From positions 10,604,001 through 10,668,000 of the forward strand of contig NC_086101.1 of NCBI RefSeq assembly GCF_963921235.1: 64,000 nucleotides of DNA, written 5' to 3'. The notes below the pieces were generated by a model. It saw only the letters and a list, made by a program, of their open reading frames with translations. It was not told where the DNA came from and did not search any database. This DNA is from Mobula hypostoma. Lineage: Eukaryota. Below are positions 24,001-36,499 of this stretch, one piece after another. Within the stretch, counting starts at the first letter, position 1; the number at the start of each line of letters is the position of its first letter. The translations under genes and the position numbers were made by a program.

Positions 24001-26545
24001 AGTAAGACCAGGTGGCGGAACCCCAAAGTGGGTGTTTGGAAAAGCAGATTGGGGTAAGTTCCAGAAGATGAGTGAAGAAGGGTTGACAAAGATTGATATT
24101 TCTGGAAATGTAGATGAATTAAACAGTCAGGTGACTTCAGCAATTAATATGGCAGCAGAAGGATCTATACCCAGGAGTCAAAATAGGATGAATAGGAAAC
24201 TGGTATCATGGTGGACAGAGGAATGTTGTCAGGCTGTAAAAAACAGAAATAGAGCATTCAGCCTAGTTAAAGAACCCATAATATGCAGCATTTGGTTCAA
24301 TAGAAGAAAGCACAAGTAGTGGTGAGAAGAACTATACGTCAAGCTAAAAGGGCAAATTGGAGGAGTTTTTGCAACAAGATAGGAAGAACAACACCTGTGG
24401 GAGAGATATGGGGAATGAATAAGAGGATGGGAGGAGATAGAAGGGAATGGGAATATCCAGTAATGATATCTGAGGAGGAAACTGCAGTCTCCAGTAGGGA
24501 TAAGGCTGAGATCATGGCCAAGTCATTTGTACTGATACACAGTTCAGAAAATTTGTCTGAAGAAGGGAGAAGGAGAAGGGAAAGAATAATGAGCCAACAC
24601 CCAGGTGTGTTAAACAGGAGGGAAGGAACAGATGATATAATTGATGATCCATTAGCAGAAATGGTGAGAGCAATAAAGTGATCGAGACCAACCTCCCCAG
24701 GGAAAGATCTGATATGCTCTGTGATGCTAAAAAATCTGGGAGAAGGAGCGCTCTTGAAGTTGCTGCATTTTTATAACAGAGTGTGGGAGGAGGGAAGATT
24801 ACCAAGTGCATGGAAAGAAGCAGTAGTAATTCCAATAAGGAAGCCTGGCAAGGATCCGTCAAAACCCACTAGCTACAGACCAATTGCATTAACATCAATA
24901 TATGTAAGATAATGGAAAGGATGATAACAGAAAGGTTATCGTATGAGCTTGAGAAAAGGGGAATGCTGGCAAGTTATCAGAGTGGTTTTAGAAAGGGAAG
25001 GAATTCCATGGAGTCAGTGATAAGGTTAGAGACTGAAATAAGGAAGGCCCAGGCAAATAGAGAGTCAGTAGTGGCAGTGTTCTTTGGCATTGAAAAAGCC
25101 TATGATATGATGTGGAAGGAAGGATTATTAATTAAACTGCACAAGATGGGGGTTGGTGGGAGAGTTTTTAATTGGATTAAAGATTTTTTGTTTGGTAGAA
25201 AAATTCAAGTTCGGATTGGATCAGAATTATCAAAACAGTACATAGTGGAAAATGGCACACCTCAAGGTAGTGTGATTAGCCCGTTACTTTTCATGATTAT
25301 GATCAATGATGTCTTCACAAAGGTACCAGCGGATATAGGTAGGTCACTGATTGCGGATGATGGGGCCTTGTGGAAAAGAGGCAGGAACATGGACCATATA
25401 ATCAGGAAACTACAAGAAGCAATTGATGAAGTGGTGGAGTGGGGTTATGATTGGGGATGTAGATTTTCAGTAGATAAAACTCAAACTGTATTTTTTACCA
25501 GGAAAAGAGTTGAGGTAGGGAAGAAGTTAAGGATGTATGGGGTTGAATTAGAAAGGGTTGCATCATTTAAATTTCTGGGAGTTATATTTGATTCACGATT
25601 AACATGGGCAGACCATATCAGGAAAGTTAAGGAGAAATGTAAAAAAGCAATAAATGTGATGAGATGTTTGACTGGTAGGGAATGGGGAGCAAGTTGTTCA
25701 GCTTTGAAGAGAATGTATGTGGCTTTAGTGAGATCTGTGTTGGACTTTGGAAATATAGCATATGGGTCAGCAGCTAGGTCTCTTATAAGGAAACTGGATG
25801 TGATTCAGGCTCAGGCCTTGAGAGTGCGCAGTGGGGCTTTTAAAACGTCACCAGTGTCAGCCCTACTGGTAGAAGTGGGAGTAATGCCTTTGGAACTAAG
25901 AAGGATGCAATTAATGGCAAACTACTGGGCTAACTTGCAGGGGCACAGTGATTCTCACCCTACTAAAGGAGTGTTGCAGGAGTGCTGGGAAAATGGGAGG
26001 TTTCAGAGGGATACCTTTAGTCGGGTAGGGAATGATATCGCGAAAGAATGTGGAGTGTTTGATCTGAGGATAAGTCCTTCAGCAGTTTATCCGGTTGTAG
26101 CTCCATGGAAGCTTGTATGGCCTGACATAGACTGGCATTTGTTAGAGGTAAAAAGGAAAGGAAGACATAAAACAGATTTGGTAATGCATTTAACTGTCAT
26201 GTGATGGAAAAGTATAGTGATTATACTCACATTTATACGGATGGTGTGAAGGAACCTGAAACAGGAGTGACAGGGTTTGGGGTGGTTATACCAGCAAATG
26301 AAATTGGAATCAGCAGAAGAACATATAATAAGTTTGGGGTGTTTACAGTGGAGATGCTGGCGGTATTGGTTGTGTTGCAATGGGTGCAGAAAGCCAGACA
26401 AGTCAAAGCATTGATATGTTCAGATCCAGCCTCAGTTCTAGCAAGTTTAAGGTCTTTTCACACAAACAGTCGGCAAGATGTACTTTATGAAGTCCTTCAG
26501 TTAGTTACAGGAATTGCAAATCAGGGAGGTCAGGTAAAATTTCAA
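21100..26545 (+). mobile_element. Nimb/I-group LINE with gag-like ORF1 and APE-RT-RNaseH ORF2; disrupted, 3' end missing
   Basis: ORF1 about 21336-23330 with three knuckles (CYNCQRFGHIAKNC, CARCRGDHEYGKC, CCNCGGVHNVAYSGC). ORF2 from 23339: QWNARRL, IQETWL, DFNAH, GSDH, YRPIALTS, GTPQGSVISP, ADD, and RNase H IYTDG. Several stops and frameshifts. Confidence 0.9.
21522..22276 (-). mobile_element. 5'-truncated CR1 inserted in Nimb ORF1
   Basis: 231-aa CR1 C-terminal ORF with an AATAA direct repeat on both sides. Removing it rejoins ORF1 in frame (..KGNKRI|RNDSGES..). Confidence 0.92.
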
Positions 26546-26730
26546 TTTGGTGCCGCCGGGCGTGTAAACCTCGGCCCAGATCAGAGGGGATTGCCGATTG
26601 CGGAGAGCAATCCGGAGGTTGGGGACCACTGCTGCAGAGGTTGCTACAGATTTTGTTTTTTTTCCCTGCGAAGAGAGCCCCCCACTGTAAGCACTGAACA
26701 CAATACACGTGTGCTCTGGTGGCCACAGAT

Positions 26731-28600
26731 GAAGACATGAGGTTGCCTTGGCAGTCAAAGTGAAGGATAATCCAAAGAGCTTTTACAGGTATATTAAGAG
26801 CAAAAGGATTGTAAGGGATAAAATTGGTCCTCTTGAAGATCAGAGCGGTCAGCTATGTGCGGAACCAAAGGAAATGGGGGAGATCTTAAATAGGTCTTTT
26901 GCGTCTGTATTTACTAAGGAAACTGGCATGAAGTCTATGGAATTAAGGGAAACAAGTAGTGAGATCATGGAAACTGTACAGATTGAAAAGGAGGAGGTAC
27001 TTGCTGTCTTGAGGAAAATTAAAGTGGATAAATCCCCGGGACCTGACAGGATTTTCCCTCAGACCTTGAAGGAGATGAGTGTTGAAATTGCAGGGGCCCT
27101 GGTGGAAATATTTAAAATGTCGCTGTCTCTGGGTGAGGATTGGAGAGTAGCTGATGTTGTTCCGTTGTTTAAAAAAGGATCGAAAAGTAATCCAGGAAAT
27201 TATAGGCCGGTAAGTTTAACGTTGGTGGTGGGTAAGTTATTGGAGGGAGTACTAAGAGACAGAATCTGCAAATATTTGGATCGACAGGGACTTATTAGGG
27301 AGAGTCAACATGGCTTTGTGTGTGGTAGGTCATGTTTGACCAATCTGTTGGAGTTTTTCGAGGAGGTTACCAGGAAAGTGGATGAAGGGAAGGCAGTGGA
27401 TATTTTCTACATGGACTTCAGTAAGGCCTTTGACAAGGTCCCGCATGGGAGGTTAGTTAGGAAAATTCAGTCGCTAGGTATACATGGAGAGGTGGTAAAT
27501 TGGATTAGACATTGGCTCAATGGTAGAAGCCAAAGAGTGGTAGTAGAGAATTGCTTCTCCGAGTGGAGGCTTGTGACTAGTGGTGTGCCACAGGGATCAG
27601 TGCTGGGTCCATTGTTATTTATCATCTATATCAATGATCTTGATGATAATGTGGTAAATTGGATCAGCAAATTTGCTGATGATACAAAGATTGGAGGTGT
27701 AGTAGACAGTGAGGAAGGTTTTTAGAGCCTGCAGAGGGACTTGGACCAGCTGGAAAAATGGGCTGAAAAATGGTAGATGGTGTTTAATACTGACAAGTGT
27801 GAGGTATTGCACGTTGGAAGGACAAACCAAGGTAGAACATACAGGGTTAATGGTAAGGCACTGAGGAGTGCAGTAGAACAGAGGGATCTGGGAATACAGA
27901 TATAACATTCCCTAAAAGTGGCGTCACAGGTAGATAGGGTCGTAAAGAGAGCTTTTGGTACATTAGCCTTTATTAATCGTAGTATTGAGTATAAGAGCTG
28001 GAATGTTATGATGAGATTGTATAAGACATTGGTGAGGCCGAATCTGGAGTATTGTGTTCAGTTTTGGTCACCAAATTACAGGAAGGATATAAATAAGGTT
28101 GAAAGAGTGCAGAGAAGGTTTACGAGGATGTTGCCGGGACTTGAGAAACTCAGTTACAGAGAAAGGTTGAATAGGTTAGGACTGTATTCCCCGGAGCGTA
28201 GAAGAATGAGGGGAGATTTGATAGAGGTATATAAAATTATGATGGGTATAGATTGAGTGAATGCAAGCAGGCTTTTTCCACTGAGGCATGGGGGAGAAAA
28301 AAACAGAGGACATGGGTTAAGGGTGAGGGGGGAAAAGTTTAAAGGGAACATTAGGGTCAGCTTCTTCACACAGAGAGTGGTGGGAGTATGGAATGAGCTG
28401 CCAGACGAGGTGGTAAATGCGGGTTCTTTTTTAACATTTAAGAATAAATTGGACAGGTACATGGATGGGAGGTGTATAGAGAGATATGGTCCGTATGCAG
28501 GGCAATGGGACTAGGCAGAAAATGGTTCGGCACGGCCAAGAAGGGCCAAAAGACCTGTTTCTGTTCTGTAGTTTTTCTATGATTTCTGTGGTTTCTGAAG
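26731..28600 (+). mobile_element. 5'-truncated CR1 (RT through 3' UTR), young
   Basis: KSPGPD, NYRPVSLT, DFSKAFD, GVPQGSVLGP, FADDTK; a few stops; 17-bp duplication GTGGTTTCTGAAGCTTA at the tail. Confidence 0.95.
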
Positions 28601-29363
28601 CTTAGTGGTTTCTGAAGCTTAGAACAAATAGTTGATGCTTATCTCAAGAGGATTTGAACCTTGAAATTTGCCTGCAAGGGTACCATGAACAAGTATGCCA
28701 TTCTAAACCAGGGAGGTGCTGTTCAAAAAGTCCACACAGCACCCTGATGCAACGTGTGCTGAACATTGAAACGGATCTCCTGCACTTTACCAGCAACTCC
28801 GGGTTCTCAGAAACATGAAATGCAAATGAAGGCCTTGTGACACGAGCATTTTCATGCTGTGCTGGAAACCACCAGCAAATGTTCTGTACCAGTAAAGGCG
28901 ATAGGGTTGTGAATAAATGTCCACACAAAGTGTGCAGAAGTGCACAAGGATGTGCTTCTGCAAACTATGTCACTGACATCAAACCCAACAATGAACTGTT
29001 AACAATTAACGATTAACTGTCTACACAACAGTGATGGAACTTGTTTCTACATTCACCTGGCATGAAAGTTACTATGATGCTGAACACTGGGCCACCTGAG
29101 TCACTCAGGCCAGAGCACATATATAAGGAGAGGCTGACTACTTTTCTCTTGTAGCCAATAGGCTTGTCACCTATGGGCCCAGATTTCCTGTTGTGGAGGA
29201 ATTTCATTTCCAGACAAATGAACTGTAGAGGCAGTAAATGGATACTGCGCCTGGTTGGAGTTAAGGGGCTGAATTGTATCACAGGGCAAAACTGGATTAA
29301 AAAGTTCAAATTAAACTCAGAAAGAAAGGAAGATGTTTCACCACAAGTGCATGTGCACGCGCG

Positions 29364-29398
<35 letters not shown>

Positions 29399-31688
29399 CA
29401 TAGATCACTGGCTTGATAAGCTTCTGACCTTAAGCAGGTCTGTGGGAATTGAAAGGATTTCACATGAAGATGCGTGTGGAAGTTTAAGCCTCTCACACCT
29501 TCCACAAGACGCAACCTGTTCTCCATATCTCGAAAGAAGCAGTTGTGCATGAACTGGGCTGTCTGAAGGGACATGGTATTCTGTATCAAGTTAAGCTGTG
29601 ATTGGGCTGCTCTTTTTGCAGTCACTCCAAAGCAGAGTGAAACAGTGATGCTATGGGACAAAATTGCTACATGGAAGTTGATACACATAACTCAATTTTT
29701 TTGCAATCTTGACTGGCAATTGGATTCAGAGAGATAAATTTGCACTGACTAAATAGCAGATGGGCCTGAATCCAGTGCCTGACATATCTCACAATTAACA
29801 TGCAGAAAGCTATTGTGGAGGTTAAACAGCACCAGATTTTATGCACTGTAGTGATGGTCAGGCTGTAGTCCGAAAGGAATCAGTGTCAGCATGCAAAATG
29901 CCAATTTCCACAAATATTAAGCATTACATGGCCTGTCAAATTGGTGCTCGAGTTCAGGGCCTCAGTGAAAAGTCGATGCAATTATCAAACTACCACCTTC
30001 AGCTGATGCAGCCGAACTCAGGTCATTCTTGAGTTTGTTGAGTTATTAGGTGTTTCCTCATCAACATGTCAACCTTCATGCAACCATTTCAGGCCAGATA
30101 GAATTGGTCTCCTGCATTGCGGAAAAGCATTAACTTTTGCAGGTGATGGTGATACTTAATTCAGAGAAATGCCCGAGATTTGCTTGTCTAGCATATACTG
30201 TGTTACACACAGGTGTCGGATACCCAATTGAATTTGTTTCTGGAGCCATGCTTACACTGAAATAAAACAGAGCATTCATTGGGCCCCAGCAATATCAGAA
30301 TTATTTGTAATAGGTCACACCCCTCACAACATATTTGGCACAAGTTTAGCAGCACCACTGTGAACGCAGCCTTGGCCCTTGACTATGTTGTTCTCTGACT
30401 GCAAAGTCCAGTGTACATGTTGTTAAGCCCATATAAATGCACATTGCTCAACTGCTCTGCATAATCAACCAGGAAGAATCGGATTCAGATTCACCTATTT
30501 ATCACATATACATCTGTAATGAAAGATTTAAATGTGTTTCCTTCCTTGAGTATATGTTAATATGTGTATTACAAATAAGACAAAATGGAGTTAGCCTGGG
30601 ATGTGAGAATATGTTGTGAAAGTACAAAGGAACCAGTTCACAGCCATGTTCCAAGAGCTTTTTGTGAGTACCAGTGCATTGTCTTGACAGCAGAAAATGT
30701 TGAAAAACGCGTTTGTCTGGGAAAGTACAAGGGAAAATGTTGTGATAGATTTTTGAAGGGATCCGAAAGGATATAAGAAGGGGCAAGGGGGAATTTTCTC
30801 TCAGCCTGGAACATGACTAGTGCTAAGAGTTGTGGATAGAGACAAGGATAGAGATAGAGAGAAATAAAGAGAGGCAGAGACTCAGGAGATGCTGTCGAGC
30901 ATCTTCGGGTCCCTCTGACAGTGTGTTATGTGGCATGGTTTAGTGATTGGTTGATAAGTATTACTTTGTCCCTTCTACTGCTTGAACCATTATTATTTCT
31001 TTATTCCTGTATTTTATTATTTATGTAACTCAATTTAAGTAATTTTCTCTCACCTTTAACATCTGTACAGTACCTCCTCTGTTTGCGGATATCTCTCGCT
31101 GCTGAATCAGAAAAGAGCAACAAACCAATATTAAAATATTTTCATTGCACAATTTACATCATCAGCAGGACTCTGCATAATGGGGGCTATGCTTCACATA
31201 CCACAGGACGTACCAGAGGTGGGGTGCTGTCTGGGAAACCGGGTATATGGACAACACTCATGGTTTTGGAGCAGTGGCAATGTATTGCCCATGTATTGCC
31301 CTCCACGTGCCAGAGAAGTGAAATGGGGAGCAGGAGTACTTATGTCCAGACTATGGATCCACTCTGTTAAAAACCTTAGAGCTTCCCAATCCGGAGGAGA
31401 GAAGGGGTACGACCATGCTATGGAAAAAGACACATGACGTGTTGGGCAGCAGAACGAGTGACCACTCTAACTGAGAAAGTGGTAACTCTGGAACAGCAGA
31501 ACGTGACCATGGCTGCACTGACCAAGCCAGCCTGTGAACCAGCTGACAAAGCTGAACCCAGCAAACCATTCCAGCGTATCAGAAGGATTTGGTAAGATGG
31601 AAGGAGCAGGATCTGGATGGTGTCTCAGTAAGGGAGCTGATGGCTAAGGATTGGCAGCCCAAAACTTGGGATGGTAATGTTTCCTCAG

Positions 31689-32514
31689 TGTGACGGGATC
31701 CTGAAGTAGCCCTATGACCTGTGCTTTTGAAAAGAGAAAGACAGAGTTATTTAACACGGGCACCTTGTTATTAAGAGAGAGAGAGAGAGGCGGGGATTGC
31801 TTTGTAATGGTGTTATGGTTTCTCTGCAGCATGTTTACACTTTTGCAAGGACGCTGTCAGCTTCTATGTTCTTACAGAGAGAGAAGGGAGGAGCAGCTTG
31901 ATGGACAGCTGATGTTCATTGTGGTGAGATAAATAGGAGGTCAACTGATAGACCTACAGACAAATGGTTTTGGACACGGAATGAGCTTTGTTGTGCCCAC
32001 AGAAAGGTGGGTTTTGGAGGATCGACAGGCGGATCGATCAGTCGTTCTCGCAGTGTGAAAAGGGTGTGACCGGTGGGGCGTTATTCGTGTGTCCGATCCT
32101 CGCCTGGGTTGATAATTCCACCACAGAAAAACGGTCCCTTTTTGTTGTGTCCACAGTCAGTGACTTCTAAAGGATTTTGAAGGACAACGGGATGATCAAC
32201 AGCGTCAGCTCAGCTGAAAACTCAAACCTCTCTCTCTCTCTCTCTCTCACCATCGTTACTCAATTCCATACCACGAACTCAACTGAACTTTACTCATCAC
32301 GGTAAGGCTGTATCTCTTTACCCCTAAGCTTGAAGAAGCTTGGTTTTCATATATTTCTATATATATAAAATCATTGCTAAACTGTTCAATATATCTCATT
32401 TAATATTACTGTATTGCGTAGTTACTTATAAATAATATTAATTATTAGCAATACCAGACTCCAAAATGTTTCCTATTTCTCCTGGTTCTCTACCTGTCAC
32501 AGGGTACGTGAAGG
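31689..32514 (+). mobile_element. Solo LTR related to the LTR family at 1565-3327
   Basis: Starts TGTGAC. The 3' end CCAGACTCCAA...GGGTACGTGA matches the other LTR's end on its sense strand, and TCAG flanks both sides. Confidence 0.65.
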
Positions 32515-33814
32515 TCAGATACTGAGACTCCGTGTTGTGATGGTCCTTCAAATTTATGAAAGACTTACAAACAACTATTGTGTAAAAATATAAATTGTAT
32601 AAGTAAAATAAATAGATAAGTAAAGAGAAAAATAAATAAATTAGTTAGAGATTGGAAGGATATCATTATGGACATCACTGAGTGGTGGGTGAAAGAAGGT
32701 CATAGCTTGAGCTGAACATTGAAGTTTACACATTGTATCACAAGAACAGTCAGTTAGGCAGAGACGGTGGGGTGGCATGTTGTTAAAAAAATTTAATGAA
32801 ATCCTTTTGAAAGAGGTGACAAAGGATCAGGAGATATAGAATCCACATGGATAGAATTCAGAAACTGCAAGGGTAAAAAGACCTGGTTGGGAGTTATATA
32901 CGGCCTCCGAAGAATAGCCAGCGCAACACCCACACAAAATTCTGGAGGAGCTCAGCAGATCAGGAAACGCCTACAGAAATGTTGAAGTTTCAGGCTCAGA
33001 CCCTTCATCAGAACTTGAAAGGAAGGGGAAAGACACCAGAATAAAAAGCTGGAGGGGGGTGATGGGCGGGGAAGGAGGATTAAATACAGTAAAAGGTGAA
33101 GGCTGGTAGGTGAGAAAGGTAAATCGCTGGAGAAGAGATCCCAGAGACGCACATGGAGACAAACATCAAATGCTGCTGGTTGATCATTAACTCAGTGAAA
33201 GACACCCTTTGGTCCTTTGGTCTGCCTGAAACTTGTTGCTCTCCCATCACATCAAGATGTTATGGAGGAATGCTGCCAAACGACACGTAGCAGGCTGCAG
33301 GAGAACATGCTGATGGACGGTGGGGAAGGAGCATGTTGTAGGGTTCTTCTCTGAATGGAGAGGGAGGGGCCGGGTGGGGGAGGAGCCTCCTCAATTATTG
33401 CAGTACTTCTTATACAACACCAGAGAGCCACAGGAGTGGCAACAGTCTTACTACTGTGCATGAATGTAATAAAACCGCACAGAAAGCACTGACCATGGAT
33501 GTAAGAAATGGAATGGCATTGAATGGCTTATTGTTGTAAATTATTTTTCTTATGAATAAAGTTTATTTTGCTGAGAAAAATACTGCCAGGAGAGGAGAGT
33601 GGACCGTGGGAGGAAGGGAAGGAGGAGAGGGCAACCAGGATGTGGGATATAAATTACAATCGGAGATGATAAACAAAAAGGCATTTGGCCCATCGGGTCT
33701 GCTCCATCATTCCGTCATGGCTGATTTATTATCCTTCTCAACACCATTCCTCTGCCTTCTCCCTGTAACCTTTGAATTCCTTTACGAATCAAGAGCCTAT
33801 CAATCTCTGCTTTA

Positions 33815-34180
33815 AAAATTTAGGAGACCTGTTACAAATTGGGACTGCTTCACTGAGGACCTCCGCTCAATACACTGCAAAGAGAACTTCCCGGTGGCCA
33901 AGCATTTTAATTTTGATTCCCATTCCCAATTCGACATGTCAATCAATGGCCTCCTCTTGTGCAATGTTGAGGTCAACTTCAGGCAACATCTATATTCCAT
34001 CTGGGTAGCCTCCAACCTGATGGCATGAGTACGGATTTCTCCATCCCATAAACCAAACCCGCTTCCTCTATTTCCCCACAACCTTTTACCTCTGCCTGTT
34101 ACTTCCACCTGGGTCCCCTCCTCCTCCCCTTTCTCTCATGGTCCATTCACCTTTCCACTCAGATTCCTTCTTTTGCACCA
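33815..34180 (+). mobile_element. Penelope-like element remnant (GIY-YIG C-terminal region)
   Basis: Degenerate D.F.E.LRS...PVAKHFN...HSQFDMSINGLL...QHLYS.LGSLQPDGM..DFS, followed by a pyrimidine-rich tract. Confidence 0.7.
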
Positions 34181-34261
34181 GGTGGGTGGGAAATATCATG
34201 GGCTGAAAGACCTATTATCTTCCAACTAGTCTCCTTCCCCACCCATCTCCTTTGTATTCTG

Positions 34262-34543
34262 CGGGAGAGAAGGGGAAGGGGAAGGGAGTGGAGAGGGGGA
34301 AGTGGGGTGGAAAGAGAGGAAGACAACAGAGGGGGAAGGGGAAGAGGGGTGTTGAGAAAGGGGGAGGGGAGGAGGGGAGAGGTGGGGGTAGAGGGGGAAG
34401 GGGAGGAGGAATGGGAGACGGGAGGAGGAAAGAAGGAGAAGGGCAGGGGAGGAAGGGGGAGAAGGAGGAGAAGGGAGGGGAGGAAGGGGGAAGGAGGGTG
34501 GGGAGAATGTGGGGAGAGAGAGAGGGATGGGGGCAAGAGGGAT
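34262..34543. repeat. Polypurine (G/A) low-complexity tract
   Basis: About 280 bp of almost only G and A. Confidence 0.9.
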
Positions 34544-36499
34544 AGATCAAGAATAGCCTGCAAGACATTTGCGGTTCCCATGTTCGGTAGATTGATCGAT
34601 AGATTTATACATTATTGATTGCAATGGAAATTACAGTGTCACAGTAGCATTACAAGTTAACAGATATTAGAAGAGAAGTAAGAAAGAATAAAAAATAAGT
34701 TACCTCAAACAGTCCGGGGGGGGGGGGGGTCATCACTCTCCGGGCTGTAGCTTGTCTCATTATAGAGCCTAATGGTCGAGGGTAAGAATGCCCTGATTTA
34801 GCACTCTTTGGAGCAGTGCAGTTACCTTAGTCTATTACTGAAAGTGCACCTCAGTTCAGTGTACTATGTAACATGGCTTAGTGATTGGTTGAGAAGTATT
34901 TTTTTCTCATTTCTTACTTTATTGATTATTTTCATCTTTCTGTATTTTGTTCTTTATATAACCCCAACACAACAAATACCTGTAACCTTTAGCATGTGTT
35001 CACTTCGTCCTTTGTTTGTGATTTTGTTACACCATCAAATCATTTTTTGTCTCCAGCATTCTGTGTGTTGCTCAGATTTCTATCATCTGCAGAATGTCTT
35101 GTGTTTAACAACAACAGAACGGGAGTAAAAAAATCAACAACGGCAAATCAAGACGCTTTCCTCCCCCTTACCTATCCATGTAGGTACCTTCCCCTCACCC
35201 TTGCAGACAGTGCCCCTCCTACATTCAGGAACAAAATGCATCAAGCAACTTTTCCAAAGAAACAACATGGAATCATGTCCTTTCAAAAGGCGCAGATTTA
35301 ACCGTAACTGAGGGGTTCTGAGGGGTGTAGCTTTTTGATAAGAAGGATCAGCAATGTGCAGATCATGACTGCATTCAGTGGGGTTCGAAGGTTGACCATA
35401 CTATTACTGAGTATCACCCCCAGTGTTGCTGATTCAAGGGCCTTGTCCCAGAGCTATGTCTCTTGGCTGTGACTAGATCAAGCAAAGTATCTGAGAGTCA
35501 GTGTTTTGTAAAGTTGCTGAAAATCCCCTCTCCAAAGCCACTCCATGTGTGGAATTGACTGTGGACTCTGCTGAGGTGGACAAACAATGTCTGCTGGTCA
35601 CAATTGTGTCTACTCAAAATGTCTGGAAATGCTTCCCACCGAGTGACTGTGACTAACAGGATGGTGAGTCCTGGGAGACAACTGTTTGCAACTTCTAGAT
35701 TGTCAAGAGTGATGGTGCTACTTCTCCACTTCAATCAATAATGCTGGTTTCATCCTGATCTCAGTCTGGGGCTGCTGGGAATTGCACAGTCTCAGACTGA
35801 TGTGTTTCCCCTGGTGAAACCCATCAGTCCTCCCACATCTCAAAAATGGGTTGACTGGTAGGTTACTGGCTGCTGCAATTTACCCCAGGTTGTTGGTAAA
35901 TCAGGTGAGACTTCGTTGGCACACAAGAGGAATAAGTTTCCTGTGAAAATAACCAAGGAAATGGATCCAACGTCTTTGATGTGGGATCCCATGCAGACTC
36001 CATGGGCCAGATTACCTCCCCCATGTCGTATGGAAAAATGAAGTTCAGAAAATTCAAAAAAGATTTCAGAAACACTTTGTTTTTATGGACCTTATCCTTC
36101 CACAGTTTAACTTTGGAATTCCCACATTATCCTGCCCATCTCTAACCAATAATCCCCTGTCTAATTTTAAAGCTTCTACAAAGACCCATCAACATCTTCT
36201 CTGTTAATATCAGAGCTGCGACTCAATGAGCGACTGAAACACAAACTGTGCAATACATGATTCTCTAAAACAAACAAATAACGAGTGAAGAAGCAGGAGG
36301 TGCAATGAAATTTCTCCAATAAACTTTATCCCAAAGTTCAGTGCCAACGTGTGTCGTCTCCTTCTAACCCTCGGCCCTGAAGCCATGACAGGCTGATAGC
36401 TGTCGCTATGAATAAATCAACCCCAATTGCATTTAGGAACAGTTTCATCCCAGTCATCACCACCACCCCACTCCCTCATCCTATCATCATATTTCTGAA

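Larger units (their letters stand above)
26670..36060 (+). mobile_element. Ancient Gypsy gag-pol relic, arm A (discontinuous: about 26670-26730, 28620-30470, 35225-36060)
   Basis: Degenerate protease MMLNTG...LVGVKGLNCITGQNWIKKFKLN, RT/RNaseH connection KVDAIIKLPPSADAAELRSFLSLLSY (about 29970-30045), and integrase-like HPSVADSRALSQSYVSW and PSPKPLHVW (about 35415-35555). Confidence 0.7.

Noticed and set aside
26547..26565. TGGTGCCG as the primer-binding site of the Gypsy relic
   Set aside because: The match is too short, there is no adjacent LTR end, and arm B has no counterpart.
34159..34618. Pro/Ser-rich and Gly/Glu-rich ORFs
   Set aside because: Artefacts of the low-complexity purine tract.
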